A stretch of DNA of 64,000 bases. It comes from Candidatus Omnitrophota bacterium. GTDB lineage: Bacteria; Omnitrophota; Gorgyraeia; Zapsychrales; Fredricksoniimonadaceae. A model generated the notes under the pieces. It worked only from the letters and a program-made list of their open reading frames with translations. It did no database searches and was not told the origin of the DNA. Position numbers and translations under genes: made by a program. Where the stretch lies: the NCBI GenBank assembly GCA_903908245.1, contig CAIVRE010000008.1, forward strand, positions 1,432 to 65,431, read 5' to 3'. Below are positions 1 to 15,000 of the stretch, piece by piece (the stretch's first letter is position 1; each line of letters starts with the position of its first letter).

Positions 1-3000
1 CCGCCACGCCACAGAAACAACATCACCTGAAAGAACAGCCCGGATCTCCCGCTCTAAAAGAACATTAGACTCATGGGAAAATTGCAGGAAAGCGCCGAAT
101 TCGTGCGTCAGTGTCAATGCAAAAGCAAGGGGATCAGAAAGAAGGGGCTCATCGAAGAAGACGCCCCGGTCGGGAATAAAAGAACCGTCCAGGACCTCCG
201 AAGGCCCGGCCCGTACCTGGTCCGCGCGCTTCAAATAATCCAGGAAAACGTCAAGCGAAGCATCGCCGAACAATACGCGCAGCGCCTCAACAGCTTCCTG
301 CGCCAGCGGATCATTCAGGAGCGGGCGCATGTCCACTATCCGAAGGCCCTGCCACACCCTCCTCAAACGCGCCTGCTCGGCCTCAGCCTCGGCCATGCCC
401 CGGCCAGGCTTCAAACGCGCCGGATCCAAAGGCCTGCGTTGTTTCTCCGGGAAAAGATGGCGGATCGGTTCCGCATTCCCCGGCGTCCCCGGCCGGACGA
501 CCTGCTCCAGGAACGCGTCCACATCAAAATAATAAACCCGGCTCAGCGCGCGGGGCGATGCCAGCTTATTGAACTGCACGGAGAAGCGGCGGATCCTTTC
601 CCTGGAATCGATCAGGATGACCCGCTTGCCATCCTCGATCTGCTGCAAGACCAGGCTGCGCTGATTCTTGCTGTCACTGACAAAATGAATGCGGAAGAAC
701 TTGCGCAACGGGACATCAGCCGCATGAAAATGTTCTTTCTGATAAGACAGGATCTCCGTGATCGCCCTAAGGATATTATTCTTGAACAGCCACAACTCAT
801 CCACGCTCAACGTCTTTCCCAGCTCGGAATGATAAAAAGCCCTCATGACATAATATTCGATATCCCGCATCGCGATCAGGTCGCGCCATCCATAACGCGG
901 GAAACTCAGCGCCAGCATGGTCACAATGAACCCGAAATATAACGGGGCCAGCGTCAGGACATAAGCCGAGGGATTAAGCACGAAATCCCTGTACTTCAAA
1001 CGATGCCACACCAGGACACAGAAACGGGCGATCCCCCCCAGGCACAGCAAAAATATGGATATCATGATCCCCAGCGCGGGATTCCCTGATGCCACCCCGC
1101 CGATCAAGGCCGGGATCCCCAGGAACTTCACAAAACCCAGAGTCCCTTCTATCCCCAGAACGATCTTGCGCACGCGCGTCATGACCGCGTCACGGTCGCC
1201 ATTCAAGGCCGAACTGTATTTCGCGATAAAACCCAGTATCCCGCGATGCTTCGGCTCAGGCAAAGCGGCCTTCTTTGCAATGGCCCTGCGCGCTTTCATT
1301 GAACGGGCCTGGGACCGGATCGCGGTCCTTTCCGTCGGCTTCGATTCATGGATAGCGACCTGGCTTACAAACCAGTCGATCTCCTGACGGGAATACCCTT
1401 CGACAGATCCCGATAACAGGGTCCGGACAGCGGATCCATCAAGCCCTGCCGACCAGCACCAGGTCCCGTCCTTCAACCGCCCGGCAACCGCCACATCTTC
1501 CAGAGACCGGACATCGCCCCCGACCGATGCCGTCTCCCGGGCGATACACAAGGCCATCTGCGCGATCTTCAGGAATTCTTTTGCAAAAGCCGGATACACT
1601 CTTGCCGCAAGGCGCATTCCGCGCGCAGTGATCAAATGCGCAATGGACGCCTTCCTGACAAAAGTACGCGGCCGGTAGATCTGGACAAAATATTCCTTCA
1701 CATAACCGGGAGGGGAAACATCCAGGGGGCGTTCCAACACGGGTTCAAGCCCGGGGAATTTATCAAAATCATACGCCAACTGCCCCGAGACAAAAAGCAT
1801 GACCACCCGGCTTTGCGGCGACATTTCCGCATTGATCTTTTCCTGAAGCCGCGTACGGAAAACCGCCGCCTCTCCCTGGTCAGAGGAATACGCATAAAAG
1901 AAATAGAAGATGTCAGTGCCTGTCCAGTCAAGCTGGAACGCGTCACCCTCATGCAAAACAATATCGGCCTCACCCACGATCTTTTCCTGGCGGGCTCTTT
2001 CCAGCGCCAGCCGGGATATCCGCGCAAGGGCCGGATCAAGTTCCGCCGCCACAGCCGTCATCCCGAAATATCCGCACGCCAGAAGCGCACCGCGCATATC
2101 CGCCCCTGATCCAAACTCAAAGAACCGTTTACCGGCCAATGCCCCGGCCTCCCCCAGCGCGGCGAATACTCCCCATAAACTCTCTATGGGTGTCGGAGAA
2201 TAGATCGTCCCGTTATCCAGCGTATCCCCGTCGTAACTCTTTGCATGCTTTTCATACACATCCTGCAAAAGCGCTTCCACGCGCGCACGCTTATCCTGCG
2301 GCTGCTCTCCTTCTGCCGGAACGCCTCTTTGATAAGCCGTATTAAAATATATTTTAATGAAATCCCGCAGGCTTTCCGGCGCGGTATCCATAACGGTGAA
2401 ATGATCCCGCATACTCTCCGACGGAGCAAGGCGATAAACAGCCCGGAGGGACGCATCGGGGATCCACAGCAGCGGCTCACGGCCGCCGGAAACTGTCTGC
2501 ACAAAAGCGGCATCTTCCTCCCGCGGCGCTAACGGCTGGAAATGGAACCTGGTGACCGCCAGCGACAACAGCAACGGATTGATGACCGTATTATGGATAC
2601 GCATGACTTCCGGAAAACGCGACAGGAACTGTGCGAACAAATGTCCCGCCAGGCCGCGGCCGCGCAGGTCTTCACGGACCCAGATCCCGCGGATGCCAAG
2701 CATATGCCCGTCTTCCTCGGCGCCATCCTCGTGCTGCTGGGCATACATAAAAGCCGCTTTTTTCCCGTCGGCGTCATGAACGTCCAGCGAATGATACGAA
2801 TCACCGATATCGATCGTCCTCATGCTGAAAGAGCCGGGAAGATCCCTCTTCGTCTCAGGCCCGGCCCTGTCGCCCAGCGTAAGCGGCGCCTCGGGATTAT
2901 CCGAATTGTGCATAAAATGCATCAGAACATCGCCAACCACCGCGCCCAGGAAACCACACACCGGCATCGCCAAAAACCACGGCGAGAAAAAGAACGCTCC

Positions 3001-6000
3001 GGCGCCCCCGGCCAGCACCGTTCCGGCGACCGCAGCCAGGCGGATCTCCAGGGTACCCTGCAACCGCGTTTCACGTTCCATCTCCGTCCGATTGTTATGG
3101 GCCATTTCATAACGCAAAGAGAACGCCATAAAAATTTCTATCAACGGCGCAATGAACAGCTCGGTCAGGCGGCCAACCTGTGCCGGCGAAGGACGCCAAA
3201 GGCCGAAGGTCATCTCCCGCACCCAGCCGAACACCCGGCGGCCGAACACATAAGTCTCCGGCAGGGTCAAGGGCGCGCCACCCCGCGGTAACGGAATGAC
3301 CGGAGCGCTTCCGGTCAGGATCGCTTCGACCAGGGCCCTGGCCCTTCTGAACCGCACACTGTCCGCCGCCTGCTCGTGCAGGATGATCCCCTGCAAATGA
3401 CAGAAGAACAGGTCACGGGACTGTGCCGAACGCTGCGCGACCGTACGGGAATACCAGGATAAAAGGATATCGCACACCGCCCCGTCCGGCAGGCAGCTGC
3501 TGATCACGCTCATCAGGGACTTGTCGCCGAAATTGTCGATCCGTTCATCGGTCACCATCCCCAGGAACGCCGCACCGGCCGCGATCCAGGACGCCCCCCG
3601 GCGAATATTCTCGTCGTGATTAAGCAGCATTTTCTTCAAGGCCATCGCCATAACATCCGCCGCGGCCGGGGCGAAATGCATGGCAATGACGTTCGCCATC
3701 GAGAATTCTCCGGAATGTTCGCTGGCATAGCGGCATATCCCGTCAACGGAAAGGTGCCACATCCGCTCGCCTTCATCGGAAACGTCTGCGCGCGGAAGGC
3801 GCCCCTCGCTCATGATCGACCTCAGCCCTGACAGAATATCCCCCACCACCTCCTTGCGCAGCATCTCGGCCCTGACGATCACCAGGACCCCGTCCACCCG
3901 CTGAACCGCCTTGCCGCCCCGGGAAAGAAGGGCCTCCAGCTCCGGCTGTAATGAAATATCGTCCTGTGAACAGATCGCCATCACATACGACCGGCGCCTG
4001 ATCACATCTGTCCCGATATGGATCCAGACGCGTGACTTGCCATCATCAAGGCGCTCGCGTATCGCGGCAATGACCGACGGCAACAATCGTTCGTACTGCC
4101 CGTGGTCCGCGTAAAAACGCTGGCTGATACTGACCCCCGGGGCATAGGACCCTTTGGTATCCAGCAGGATATCCTGCGGGGAAGACCGATGGATATCGTA
4201 CGCCGCCGCCGAAAATTCCTCGAAAAGACGGCCGATCCGCTCCCTGGACAGGCTAAGGACGGACGCGACAAGGCGGACCGTCTCTTCATAAATAGCCGGG
4301 CAACCGACCATGTTCTCCGTGAAATTCAATGTATCCGACATGATGCTGTAAACCGTCAGCCATGCGATCAAAGGGTCAAGCACGAGCGCGCTGGCCCCGT
4401 ACTCCTGGCTGATCATGAACGCGGCCGAAGCGCCCTTCTCGATGCGGCTCCCCTGCCCCGCGGCAGTCCCCGGACGGGCCGGATGATGGTCGATCGTCAG
4501 CCACGTGGCATGGCCTGTGGAATCCACCTGGACCGCATAGGAACGGCGCAGCAACGCAGGCAGGTCGACCTCTTCCGTAAAGCACATTCTGCTCAGGACG
4601 CCGCCGTCCAGGACCCGCGCAAACACAAAGCGGATCAGGTCGTCAACCTTCTCCCTGGCCCCGAACAATACCGGGGCAACAAGGACATCGCGGCGGCCAA
4701 GGACCGCAAACTGGCAATGCAGCAGATAAGCCGTATTCATCGCGCTGACGAAGGAATCGATATCCATATGATCCGCAAAAACGACCACACGCTGACGATC
4801 GTCCGACGTGTCCGCCAGTGCCGCACCCAGGTCCTGAGCAAAGAAATCGCGGGCCGTCATGGGAGCCCCCGCCTCTCCTCTGGTCCTCACCAGCGCGGCC
4901 GCCTGGCGGATGACCGCATAGGACGGCAAACGATCCCCCCTCACCCTGCCGCGGGCCAGATCGATAAGGAAGTCCCCTTCCGCGATCGTCGCCGCGCGGT
5001 GATCACCCGAGGCAAATGCCTTGAGTTCATGGACCAGGGTCGTTTCAAAGAAAGGATCATTCTGCACGGCAAGGAGGATGACAGGAAGGGACCGGTCGCC
5101 GTTATTGGCACCAAGAAAAATGTTCTGCCTATCCGGCCCGGCGAGAATGCGCCCGCAGCGGCGCACCTCCTCGATGAAGGCGGATTCTTTCGGATACGTC
5201 CGCACATACCAGGCCAGCACCGCCTGCACACGCGGATCCCGCATCACATCCGCGAATCCCGGGAATCCCGCGCCGGCCAGCACGCCAAAACGCGCCACCA
5301 CTTCCTGCTCGGTCCTGTCGGGGCACGGTTTGGCACGGTCTGTCTTCTCGCCATTGATCAAGGGCCTGGCAGCGGCAAGCGCCCGGCGCAAACGGCGATC
5401 GAACTGACGGGGCGCCTGCTTGAGGATAATGCTCTTGAACATCCGCCGGGCTTCGACCGAAAGATCGATCGTGGAGGCTTCGACCGAATCAAACCAGGCG
5501 ATCGGCACTTCCAGAACACGCGCGCCCGCCAGTTTTGAGAGCAGCAGCGCTTCCGTGTCCCACGAAAAGCCGCGGTCCTGCACATGCGGAAGGATCGCGC
5601 CGATGACCGCGCGTTTGAAAAGCTTGAACCCGCGCTGGGTGTCTTCGATCCCCCTCAAAGGCGGCAATCCCCAATGAATGATCAGATTAAAGATCTTGCT
5701 GGAAATATACCGCTTCAGCGGGACATGCTCACTCTCGCCGCCGGCAGTCCAGCGCGACCCGATCGCGACATCCGCCTGGCCGTTAACAATAACCGAGGAC
5801 AACAGCGGCGCCAATAACATATTCGTCGATATATCCAGGTCAGTGATCCCGATCAGTTCCGCCCAACCATCACCGTACGCCTCCTGGAACCCGCGATAGA
5901 CCGCGCCGCCCTTGCGGCTGGACAGATATTTCTTTTCCGGCGGTGTCATCACGATCACACGGACCATGTCCATGGGGAGATCATCGGGAAGCGCGATACC

Positions 6001-9000
6001 GCGGGCACGGTATTCATCCCGCACACGGACCCAGGACGCCTTGAAATCCTCCCAGATCGCGCGAACACACCCGGCAGACGCCGCACCCGGCGTGCCGTCA
6101 TCAACAAAATAATACCTGAGTTCCCGTGAAGGATTTTCCGACATCTGGACCAGGGCCTGCAGGAACTTCGCGCGGAGGGCATCTTCCCCGTTAGGATTCT
6201 CCCGGCTATACGGCATGGACCGCGCCATCTCGTTGAACATGGGGATGATCCACGCTTCGCGGATCACACGCCCGACAGGCGCGAGGCCCCGGTTCACGGA
6301 CGACGCTTCGCTGAACTTCACCTTCTCTTTCCCGGAACGCGGCTCAAGAGGAGAATGTTCCACCGGGCCGGCACGAGGCTCCTCGGCTTCACGCTTCAAC
6401 TTCGCCGTTCGAACAACGGCCCTGTTCCGGCTTAAGGCACGAATAACCAATACCGCGAGAATACCCAGCGTCACAATAATAGAAAGCTTGATCACTAATG
6501 GCGAAACCCCGATCGCGGACAATATCACCGGCGCCGCAAGCCAGGCATGGCATGGCATCCCCTTCTCCGAACGCCCGTCACCGGTGAAAACCAGCCCAAC
6601 GAACTGCTTGAATTCCGGCGAATCCAAACCAGCCTGTGCCGTGATCGATGCCGCGTCCAACTTCAGGTCTTCCGCCATGCCGCGCAAAATACCATAGATC
6701 TTCCGGGGATCCCCGCTGGAAGCGATCTGTTCAAGAGCGTCCTGCCAGACACGGCCCGGAATATGTTCAAGACCAAAATTGCCATCATATTCAACCAGCG
6801 CATTACCCTGTATGGTATACAACACCAGGCGCCACAGCTCCCCGGCCATCCTGCGGGTCGCGTTGTAAGCGTCAGTGGTATCAAAAAACGTTGTACGGCT
6901 TTCCGCGGACAGCCAGCCTTCTGCCTGAACCTTCCGTCGGAACGCATAAAAATTCGCCATGGTCCTGCGCTGCTGGACAGGGCTGGCGATAACGATGACC
7001 CGCACCGCAGAACGGGCCTGACGCCTTGCTTCAAGCCAGGGCAGGATATTCTGGAAATTCTCAAGCGTATTGGTGGACGCCGTCTCAAGCATGATCCGGC
7101 CCAGGGCCGGGGCACCGGGATGCTCATGGCGCAGGACAGCCTCAATAAGGCCCGCTTCACTCACTAGCGGCGCGCGGGCATTAAAGAATGCCATCTTCTC
7201 ATCGAGTTTCATGGCCTCGGACATCATGACATCGACAATGAGCCGGTATTCCGGGTGATCCATGGACGCGATCTCAACACCCTCGCGCAATCGTACCGTC
7301 ACCCCGCGCCTTAACGCCTCTCCCAGCGTTTTCCAGGTCAGCCGCCCGCGGCCGCTGGTGATAACAAGCTCCCTCACGTCCCCTTTTTCAAGAAGGCCAT
7401 ACGCCAGCGCCCATGTTTCCGGGACACACGACGCGCACAACACGGCCGCATCATACACGCCTTCCCTGCGTGACAACGCCCGGCCTCCATGAACGGTCAG
7501 GAAATCCACCAATGGCGCCAGCGGGATACGGACCGTCAACCGGGTCCCAGAGGGGATCCCCTCGCGCTCACCCTTGCGGAAACTGACCAGCTCCATGGAC
7601 CCGCCCAATCCCCGCGCGTATTCCCCGATGATCAACAACCCGCGCCCCCCCGTCCCCTTGGGCGATACCAGAGGGAACCTGGACAGATACCGCAGAGCCG
7701 CATCCATGTCCATCACGCCGCCCTCGGCAAAGAAACGGTCCCATTCCTGCAGGGCAGGATTTGGGCCATTCACTTCCCAGACTGTCCGCGTAGAATCCTC
7801 GTCGGCCAGCCAGGCCCTCGCGCCCTTCTCGATCGCGGACGGGTCGATCCCCTCACCCAGGTCACGGACCGACAGGCACAACGCGCCGTCGTCAATGACC
7901 GCGCAAAAAGCAGGCGGAGCGTCTTTGGGAGAAAAAACGACCGCGTTATTGAGCATCTCGAAAACGATCATCCCGATCTGATGCGTATCCATATCCGGCA
8001 GACTGGACGGCAGGTCGATCAACACCTCAAGCGAAGCCCCCGTCGGCGAAGCAGGATCGCTCACCTGCGCCCGGACCTCCTGTTCCACCGCGGAGACCAG
8101 CCCCGGGGCTGGAACAGCCTGCGGACGGGACATCACGGACAGTCCTGCAAAAACAGGGTCCAGGACATCATCGAGGAACAGATTGCGCGTCTTGCGCCGG
8201 CGCCCCTCGGCAAGAATATCCTTTTCAATACGGTCCAGTATCATGGAAAGCTCTTCCGGCGACTCAACGCGACGGATCAGCTCGTCCATGCGGCCATGCT
8301 GCAACAATCCATACGCCAGCAGGGCCCCGCGGCGATGGTCCGGGTCGCCATAGACCTTTTCCAGAAAATCGCGCGCCACCGTCACATATTGCTCAAAGAC
8401 CCTGAATTCCCCGCCGCAACGGTCAACAGCAGCCTCAAGCGCCGTCGCGATAAAGAACTTGAAGATGTAATATCTCTCTTTGGGAGACCACAACTCGGAC
8501 TCCATCTGCTGGAGAAAATCCAGGAACGCATCACGGTCCCCCGGCCTGAACTGCCGATACTGCGACTGTGCCATCGCCAGCGGAGAGAACGGCTTGGCTT
8601 CGGCAAAACGCGCCGCCAGCACCCCCAGAAGCTCCAGGATCTCGCGGCGCTCCCTGACATTGTTCTCGTCGGTCATTTCCGTCACGACACCCCGCGCGCG
8701 AAAAACCCGGTCGACCCCGTGCCACCCCTCCGCGCGGGACAACCGCCGGCGAACGCCCCAGGGGATACGCCGCAGGGCTTCCCCCGGCGTTGTCACCAGC
8801 GCCCTGAAATACGCCGGGGACAAAACCTCCCGACGAGTGCCATTGCGGATGGTCTGTCCGCTCAGCGGCGCCGGAAGCTCAACGAACACATCGTCCATAC
8901 CCTCCAACTGACACGCAGCAAAATATTCATGCCACCCCTGCACGATCTCGCGGCGTTCATTGCGCCCGAAATCATACCGCCCGCCGGCCAGGGCCATCAA

Positions 9001-12000
9001 AAGCCGCCGCAAAAGATTGAGCGACACTTCGCTGGAGATCCCCAGGGACGCCACCTCGCGCAACACACGCTCCCCCTCCGCCGGATGCGCCGCGATAAAA
9101 GCACGCAGGTCCCAGGCCGCGAGCAGGGCATTGTCCTTAAGCAGATCAAGCCCGTACCGCGCCGCCGTCTTTCCAAGCTCTCCGTCACCGCCCAGCGCCA
9201 GCACGGACAAAAGCACCGGCCGCTTCACCTGTCCTTCCACACGGGCCAGCATATCGAGCACGACCGTGTCAGTGACCGGGGACCGGATGGCCGCCTCGGG
9301 ATGTTCCGCGCGGTTGCGCGCGGTCACCGGATAAGGATAACGCGCCAGGACATCGCCCCCCATGTCAACGCCGATGGTCAGGACATCCTTGCCGCGGTTC
9401 ATCGCCAGATACTCTTTTGCCAGGGGTGCGCCGCCATAGGTCAGGTCCATCAGGACCAGGTCGATCCCGGCCGCCGCAAGGCCCTGGACGATCAGGCCCT
9501 CACTGATCCCGACGGATATCTGCCTGCCGCCCACATCCACCCGTGCGACCAGGCCCTCTTCTTTCAAGGGATAGAACAACCGTGTCCCCGACAAAGGCTG
9601 CAAGGGCGTAAAGATCCCGTTGCCTTCCGTCCCCAATGCCGCGGGCGGCGTCGGACCGCCGACTGGATTCTCCTCGCCGCGCTTGAGGTTGGTGGTAAAG
9701 ACCGTAAAATGCGGCACCGGGATCCCGTGTTCCCTGCACAACAGCGCGAGCATCCCGACAAAGAACGTCGCGCCCAAAGCGTCACCGCCCCCGCCAAGGG
9801 TCACAATATGGACTTCCTTGGGTGATCCCCGCAGGACATTAAGGAACAGATCATTGTTCAACACAGATGGTTTCGCGGCAAAAGAACGGGACAGGACCCG
9901 CGGCAGCCATCCCCAGGAACGACGGGCAGAAAAAGGCAGCAACGCCAGGACCTTGTCGGCCAGGGCAGGAAGGTCCTCGCACTCCGGCTCGCCGGCCTCC
10001 ATTGGCGCGACCTGATAATACCGGAAAGAACTATCCGGATACGCCGTGCCCTGCGTCCGCAGCACATCATGATCATCCACCAGCACGTGATACCCCAAAA
10101 GCCGCACATCCTTGATGCCCGGATATATCATGAAACGTTCGATCCAGTCCTCGGCCCGTTCCGGCGCATAAAGAGCATATGCCCCGGACAGGTCTTCAAA
10201 GAAATCCAGGTAATCGGCAGGATCCAGGTCATAACACGAATAATTTTCACGCGTGATGAAGAGTTCGAAATATCCGGCCAGTTGCGGGCAATGGTCGATG
10301 AACAATTCTACCGCCGGTCGCGCGGCATAACTCCACAACACCAAGCGGACCCCGGCATCTTCCAGCCGCTTCAATACTTTTGCCATACCCGGGCGGGCCG
10401 AATATGTATTCGTCACTGGATCATAAAGGGCAAGCGTATTGTCCATATCCATGGCCACCGTATGACGGCGGGAGGATATTTCACGCTGCAAACTGACGAA
10501 AGAATCCTTATAAATAGTTCCTGGGATAAAACGCGCATGAACCGGAACGCTTCTGGGATCAATGAATGCAGGGCAAGGCTGCGGACGAATGGCCTTCGCC
10601 GCTCTCCAGACCCCGCGCTTCCATCCCAGCCAGGCCAGGACCCCAAGCGCAACAGCAGCTCCCGCCAGCATCCAGGCCCCTCCCGCTGACGGCGCCATCA
10701 GGATCAGCGCCGGCCAGGCCGCGCACTGAAGCGACACGGACGGGTGCCGCCTGTCTTCTTCCGGACGGGATAAAAGCCTTTCAACAGACAGCAGCACAAG
10801 ATCCAACGCCTCATTCAAACCGGTTTTATGCCGTTCCGCTTCCATGTCATCAGGCGTCGTCAGAACGACCTCAAGTATAGCCTCCGCCCTGGACAGGGCG
10901 GCCGCAAGCGTGGCGTCTTTGGGATCAAGAATGACCGCCGCGTACGCCTTGAACCGCTCCACGACCGGCGCCGGCATGCTGAGCTTGACCCTGATCCCCT
11001 GGCGGTTAAGGTAGGCCCAGACCGGCCAGAACCGCGGCAGGGCCGCCATGTCCCCGCAAATGGAAGCGTCTTCTCCGGCGGCAGAGCCCGAAGCTGTCGT
11101 CTGGACAATAGCCCGCAAGACCCGCGGCGTCACATTCATAAAATACATTTCATGGTCCTTGGGATCAGCCCGGCGCACATTCGGATGCAGCGCCGCGGTA
11201 AGGTCGTTGGTCCCGAAACTGATGAACGAAGCCATCGTCAGGGCTTCCTGCGGCTCGGCGACCAGCTCCGCGGTCTCCACCATCGTCCCGACGGGGAATA
11301 AAACCTCTTCGTCCGGGACTCCTTCCATCCGGCGGGCCTCTGCCAGAAGGCCCAGGGCTTCTTTCATATCCGCGGCGGACTTGACCATCGGGAACATCAC
11401 CCGGAAATTGGTAAGCCCCCGGCGATAAAGCCGGATCCAGGCCCTGAACTGCTGCAGCGCGACCGCCCGGCCCAGCGGATGCTCCAGATACCACTTGTAA
11501 CCGACATACTTGATCCAGCTGAATGCCCGCGGCAATTTGTCTTCCTGCAGGTCGATCACGCGGAACGTGACCGACCGCCCTTTCGCCGCTTCCGCGATCC
11601 CGGTAAAAATGGCAAGCAACCGGTCGATCGACGGGATGGTCAGGCTCTCGTAAATGTTCTCCACCCGTACCAGTCCGATAAAATTCGCCCGCCAGCGCGT
11701 GACCGCATCCCCGATGAGCCGGCTATTGTCCGCATTGGCCCCTGCCACGATCCGTGGATCCTCCTCACCCTCAACAACGGCCGCCCTCTCTGAAACCGCG
11801 CCGGTCCCCGCCGCACGACGGGTCGAACGCCCCGGGTTGACCAGGATCCCGTCCGCCGTCAGAAGGACGCGCAGATCCTCATGAAGAGGGGTTCCCGCAT
11901 CCGCGAACGAAGCATCGATAACAATAACCGGAAGATTATAACTTTTGGCCATAAGCGCGTAATGAGACTGCGGCGAACCGGCCATATTGAGCACCGCCAG

Positions 12001-15000
12001 CAAACGCTTGCCGAACAGCGCCCGCAAACTCTCGAACTCGGAGGGGGTCGGCACATAGGACAATACCAGGACCACGTCATCCGGGATCTCCCCCATGCTC
12101 CTGGCGCGCACGCGGGACTGGGCTTCCACAATAATATTATTCGCCAGCGAAATAAGATACGGCCTTGCCTCCGCCGGAGGGACCTGGGACTCCGCCGCCA
12201 GTGCGGGAGTATCCGTCACTATCATCGCCTGCTCGTAAAGCTGCCGCCTGGAACTGAGATGCCTCCCCTGCCCGGACCCCAGGTGTATCAGCTCCCGTTC
12301 ACAATTCTCCAGCCAGTGCAGGGCAAGGGCAGACCAGTCCGCCGCCAGGGGCACATCGCGCCCCGCGGCATACCAGGAAGACAGCTGCGCGCGCTCCTCG
12401 GCCACGACTTCACGGATCACGTCCGCCATGTTCCCTTCAAACGCATTGAGGACCAGGCCCTTCAGGGCCGCATGCTGATATTCATGTTCATAAAAGAGTT
12501 CGTAAATGATCTCCTCGTAGATCGCGATCACCTCGGCCAGCTGTCCCTGCATCTTCAGCGAGAACAGGAGAGAACTTAAATGCTTCTCCCTTTTCGGGTC
12601 ATCCACAGGCGCGGCATTAAGGGCCGCCCGCGTCTGGGCAGAGGTTACGCGCATCGAGTCAATATAAGCCTGGACCTTGTCCATGCAATTGAGCAGGACC
12701 GCCTCCGCCCAGGACTCGCGCTGGACAGGCGCATCGAACGCCCTCAAAATATCGTTATGGACCATCTGCACATACACATTGTCGCAGACCACGATCCGCT
12801 CCATCACGGTATCGACCGCGGTCCGGCGCTGGCCGTCGCCGGAAAGGCGTTTTCTCTGCGCCTGCGCCATCTCGTCACGGTCCCCGATCGCCGGCAAATA
12901 ATAAAGATGCTGTTCCTTGGCAAGGCTCTGGACAAGAAGGGCGTACAGGGAATCATGAAAATCTTCGGTCTGCTCCAGCTGGCCCTCGCGGAATGCCCAG
13001 GAGGAAAGGACCTCCTTCTCCTCAGGTGCAACAAGATCGCCCACCAGCGCGATAGGATCGATCGGCAACTGCTGCAGGGCGGGGCTTGCCGCGACCCGGT
13101 CGATCAACGCCTCGATCGCAAGGACGGGGTTGATGCTTTTACTGCCAAAAAGTTTCTGCCAGAGGCTATGGCGCTCGCCCTGGTAGGCCGCGCGGACAAC
13201 AGCGGCAATATGATCAAGATTGCGCAGGGCCAGGATGATCCCCACCATATCGCGCGAAAGGGCATTACGCGTCAGCATCTTCAAATACCCGACCCCGGCG
13301 CGGATCCTCACACCGTTATCGGACAGCGGCACGATCTTCTGCTCCATCCGCTGGAAACGCTCGATGCGCTCGGCGACCGCCTCATAACCCGGTTCCTGCT
13401 TCTGCCCGTCCACGGCCTCCGAATGGCTGTAACCCAGCAGTTCAAGCACCTCATGGCGCACAATGACCCGCCGGGCGATGAATACTTCGTCAGGCGATGC
13501 CCCCTGGAACACATCACGGAAGATCTTGTGTGCCGCGCGGGAACGATAAATGACCAGGCTGTCACGCTCACCCTCCACCAGGTCATCAGCGATGACCGCG
13601 ACCTTGTTCAGCTCGCGCAGCGCGCCGTAACGAAGGGCCTTGGGAATATTGTCGTAATCGAACTGGGCAAAGCGGGCATCAACAACATGCGTGCGGCCGT
13701 CGCGGCCGTCAACAAGGACCGTGACCGCCGACAGGTTATCGACCGGGCTTGGCGTAACACGGCCCTCGCGGACCGCCTCCAGGAACGCCCCGCGCCCGCC
13801 CTCGTCGGTATCGCCGAAAAACCCGACCTTCCCCGTTTCGCGCGCCGCATCAACGGCCGGCAGGGCTTCAATATGCAATAACTGCACCTGACGCCAGCCC
13901 AGTTCCACATAAAGGCCATGCTCCCTCAGGACGCGGGCATCGACCTCGACGAACACCTGGCCGCTGACGGCATCAACGATACGATAACGCGGCGCCCCGG
14001 ACCTGAGCAGCTCGTCCATGTCCAGCTTCACAAAAGACTTGCCATCTTTCCCGGCATTGCCGATATGCGCCGCGACCACGGAAACATCCCCCTGATATTC
14101 GCGGATATAAGCCGCGATATCAGGATTTTCCCAGCCCGCCTTGGCATAGGCGTTGCGGCCGCTCCCCAGGCGATATAACGGCGCATTGACGACCTTAAGA
14201 AGCTCGTCGTAGAACGCCCGGAACTTCGGGTCGAACCTGTTCCAGTCGATCGGGGAACGCCGGTCATGCGGGCACGCATACCCCAGCACCGCCTCGGGCT
14301 GGCCGTTGAACAGCATGAACGGCCCCGGCAATGTCGCCAGCAGCCAGGCCACGCACTGGATCTCTTTGGACGTAAGCGTGCGGAGTTTCTCCATGGACGA
14401 ACGGAGGTCCTGATGGGCCGGATCGCGGATATCATGCCCGTCGGAAAGATGGATCGATGGCCCAAGGGCGCGGTCCGTAAAGAAGAACCGCTCCAGCTGT
14501 GCCTGAAAATAAGGCAGGGATCCTTTGCCGTGCAACACATCACACAAGGACGAGCTCAGGTCCACATCGACCATCGCAACATCGATGCCACACGCCTTGA
14601 GGACCAGGCGCTCCCGGTCATCACCCAGCGCTTCGGCCAGGAAGATCACCCCGGGATATTCCCGGCGCAATTCCCGCACCAGGACCGCCCAGAACTCCTC
14701 GGGGAACGCTTTTTCCACCTCGGCCTCACGGCCGGGATGCCATAATTTGATACGCTCTTTAAGCACGCCCTTGGGCGCGTCCAGGCGCAAGCCGCCAAAA
14801 CCAAGCTCCATCTTGTGGCGGGCGACCTTCATCAAATAAGGCACCACCTCGGGATGAAGAAGATCGAATTCCACACAATCCGCAAAATCCCAGGCCCCCC
14901 GGCAATCCGAGGCTTTGGCAAATGACCCGTTCTTTTCCTTGATGAACCACTCCGGATGGGCCCTGACCAGCGGGCTGTCGTCGGCGACATGGTTGGCTAT

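Noticed and set aside
9740-9815. HIVTLGGGGDALGATFFVGML as a CofD/YvcK (UPF0052)-type glycine-rich nucleotide-binding motif
   Set aside because: Only a single Gly-rich stretch matched from memory. No supporting downstream motifs were recognised, so it is too weak to annotate.
7489-9825. Long + strand ORFs from the supplied track (for example 7489..9825 778 aa, 17698..19965 755 aa, 15058..16896 612 aa, 24418..26313 631 aa, 27778..29400 540 aa) as candidate genes
   Set aside because: All start at coordinates equal to 1 mod 3, exactly antiparallel and codon-aligned to the minus-strand frame. Their translations are Arg/Pro/Gln/His/Asp-rich with no motifs. The opposite strand in the same phase yields coherent domains with canonical motifs. 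They are the classic antisense shadow ORFs of GC3-rich coding DNA.
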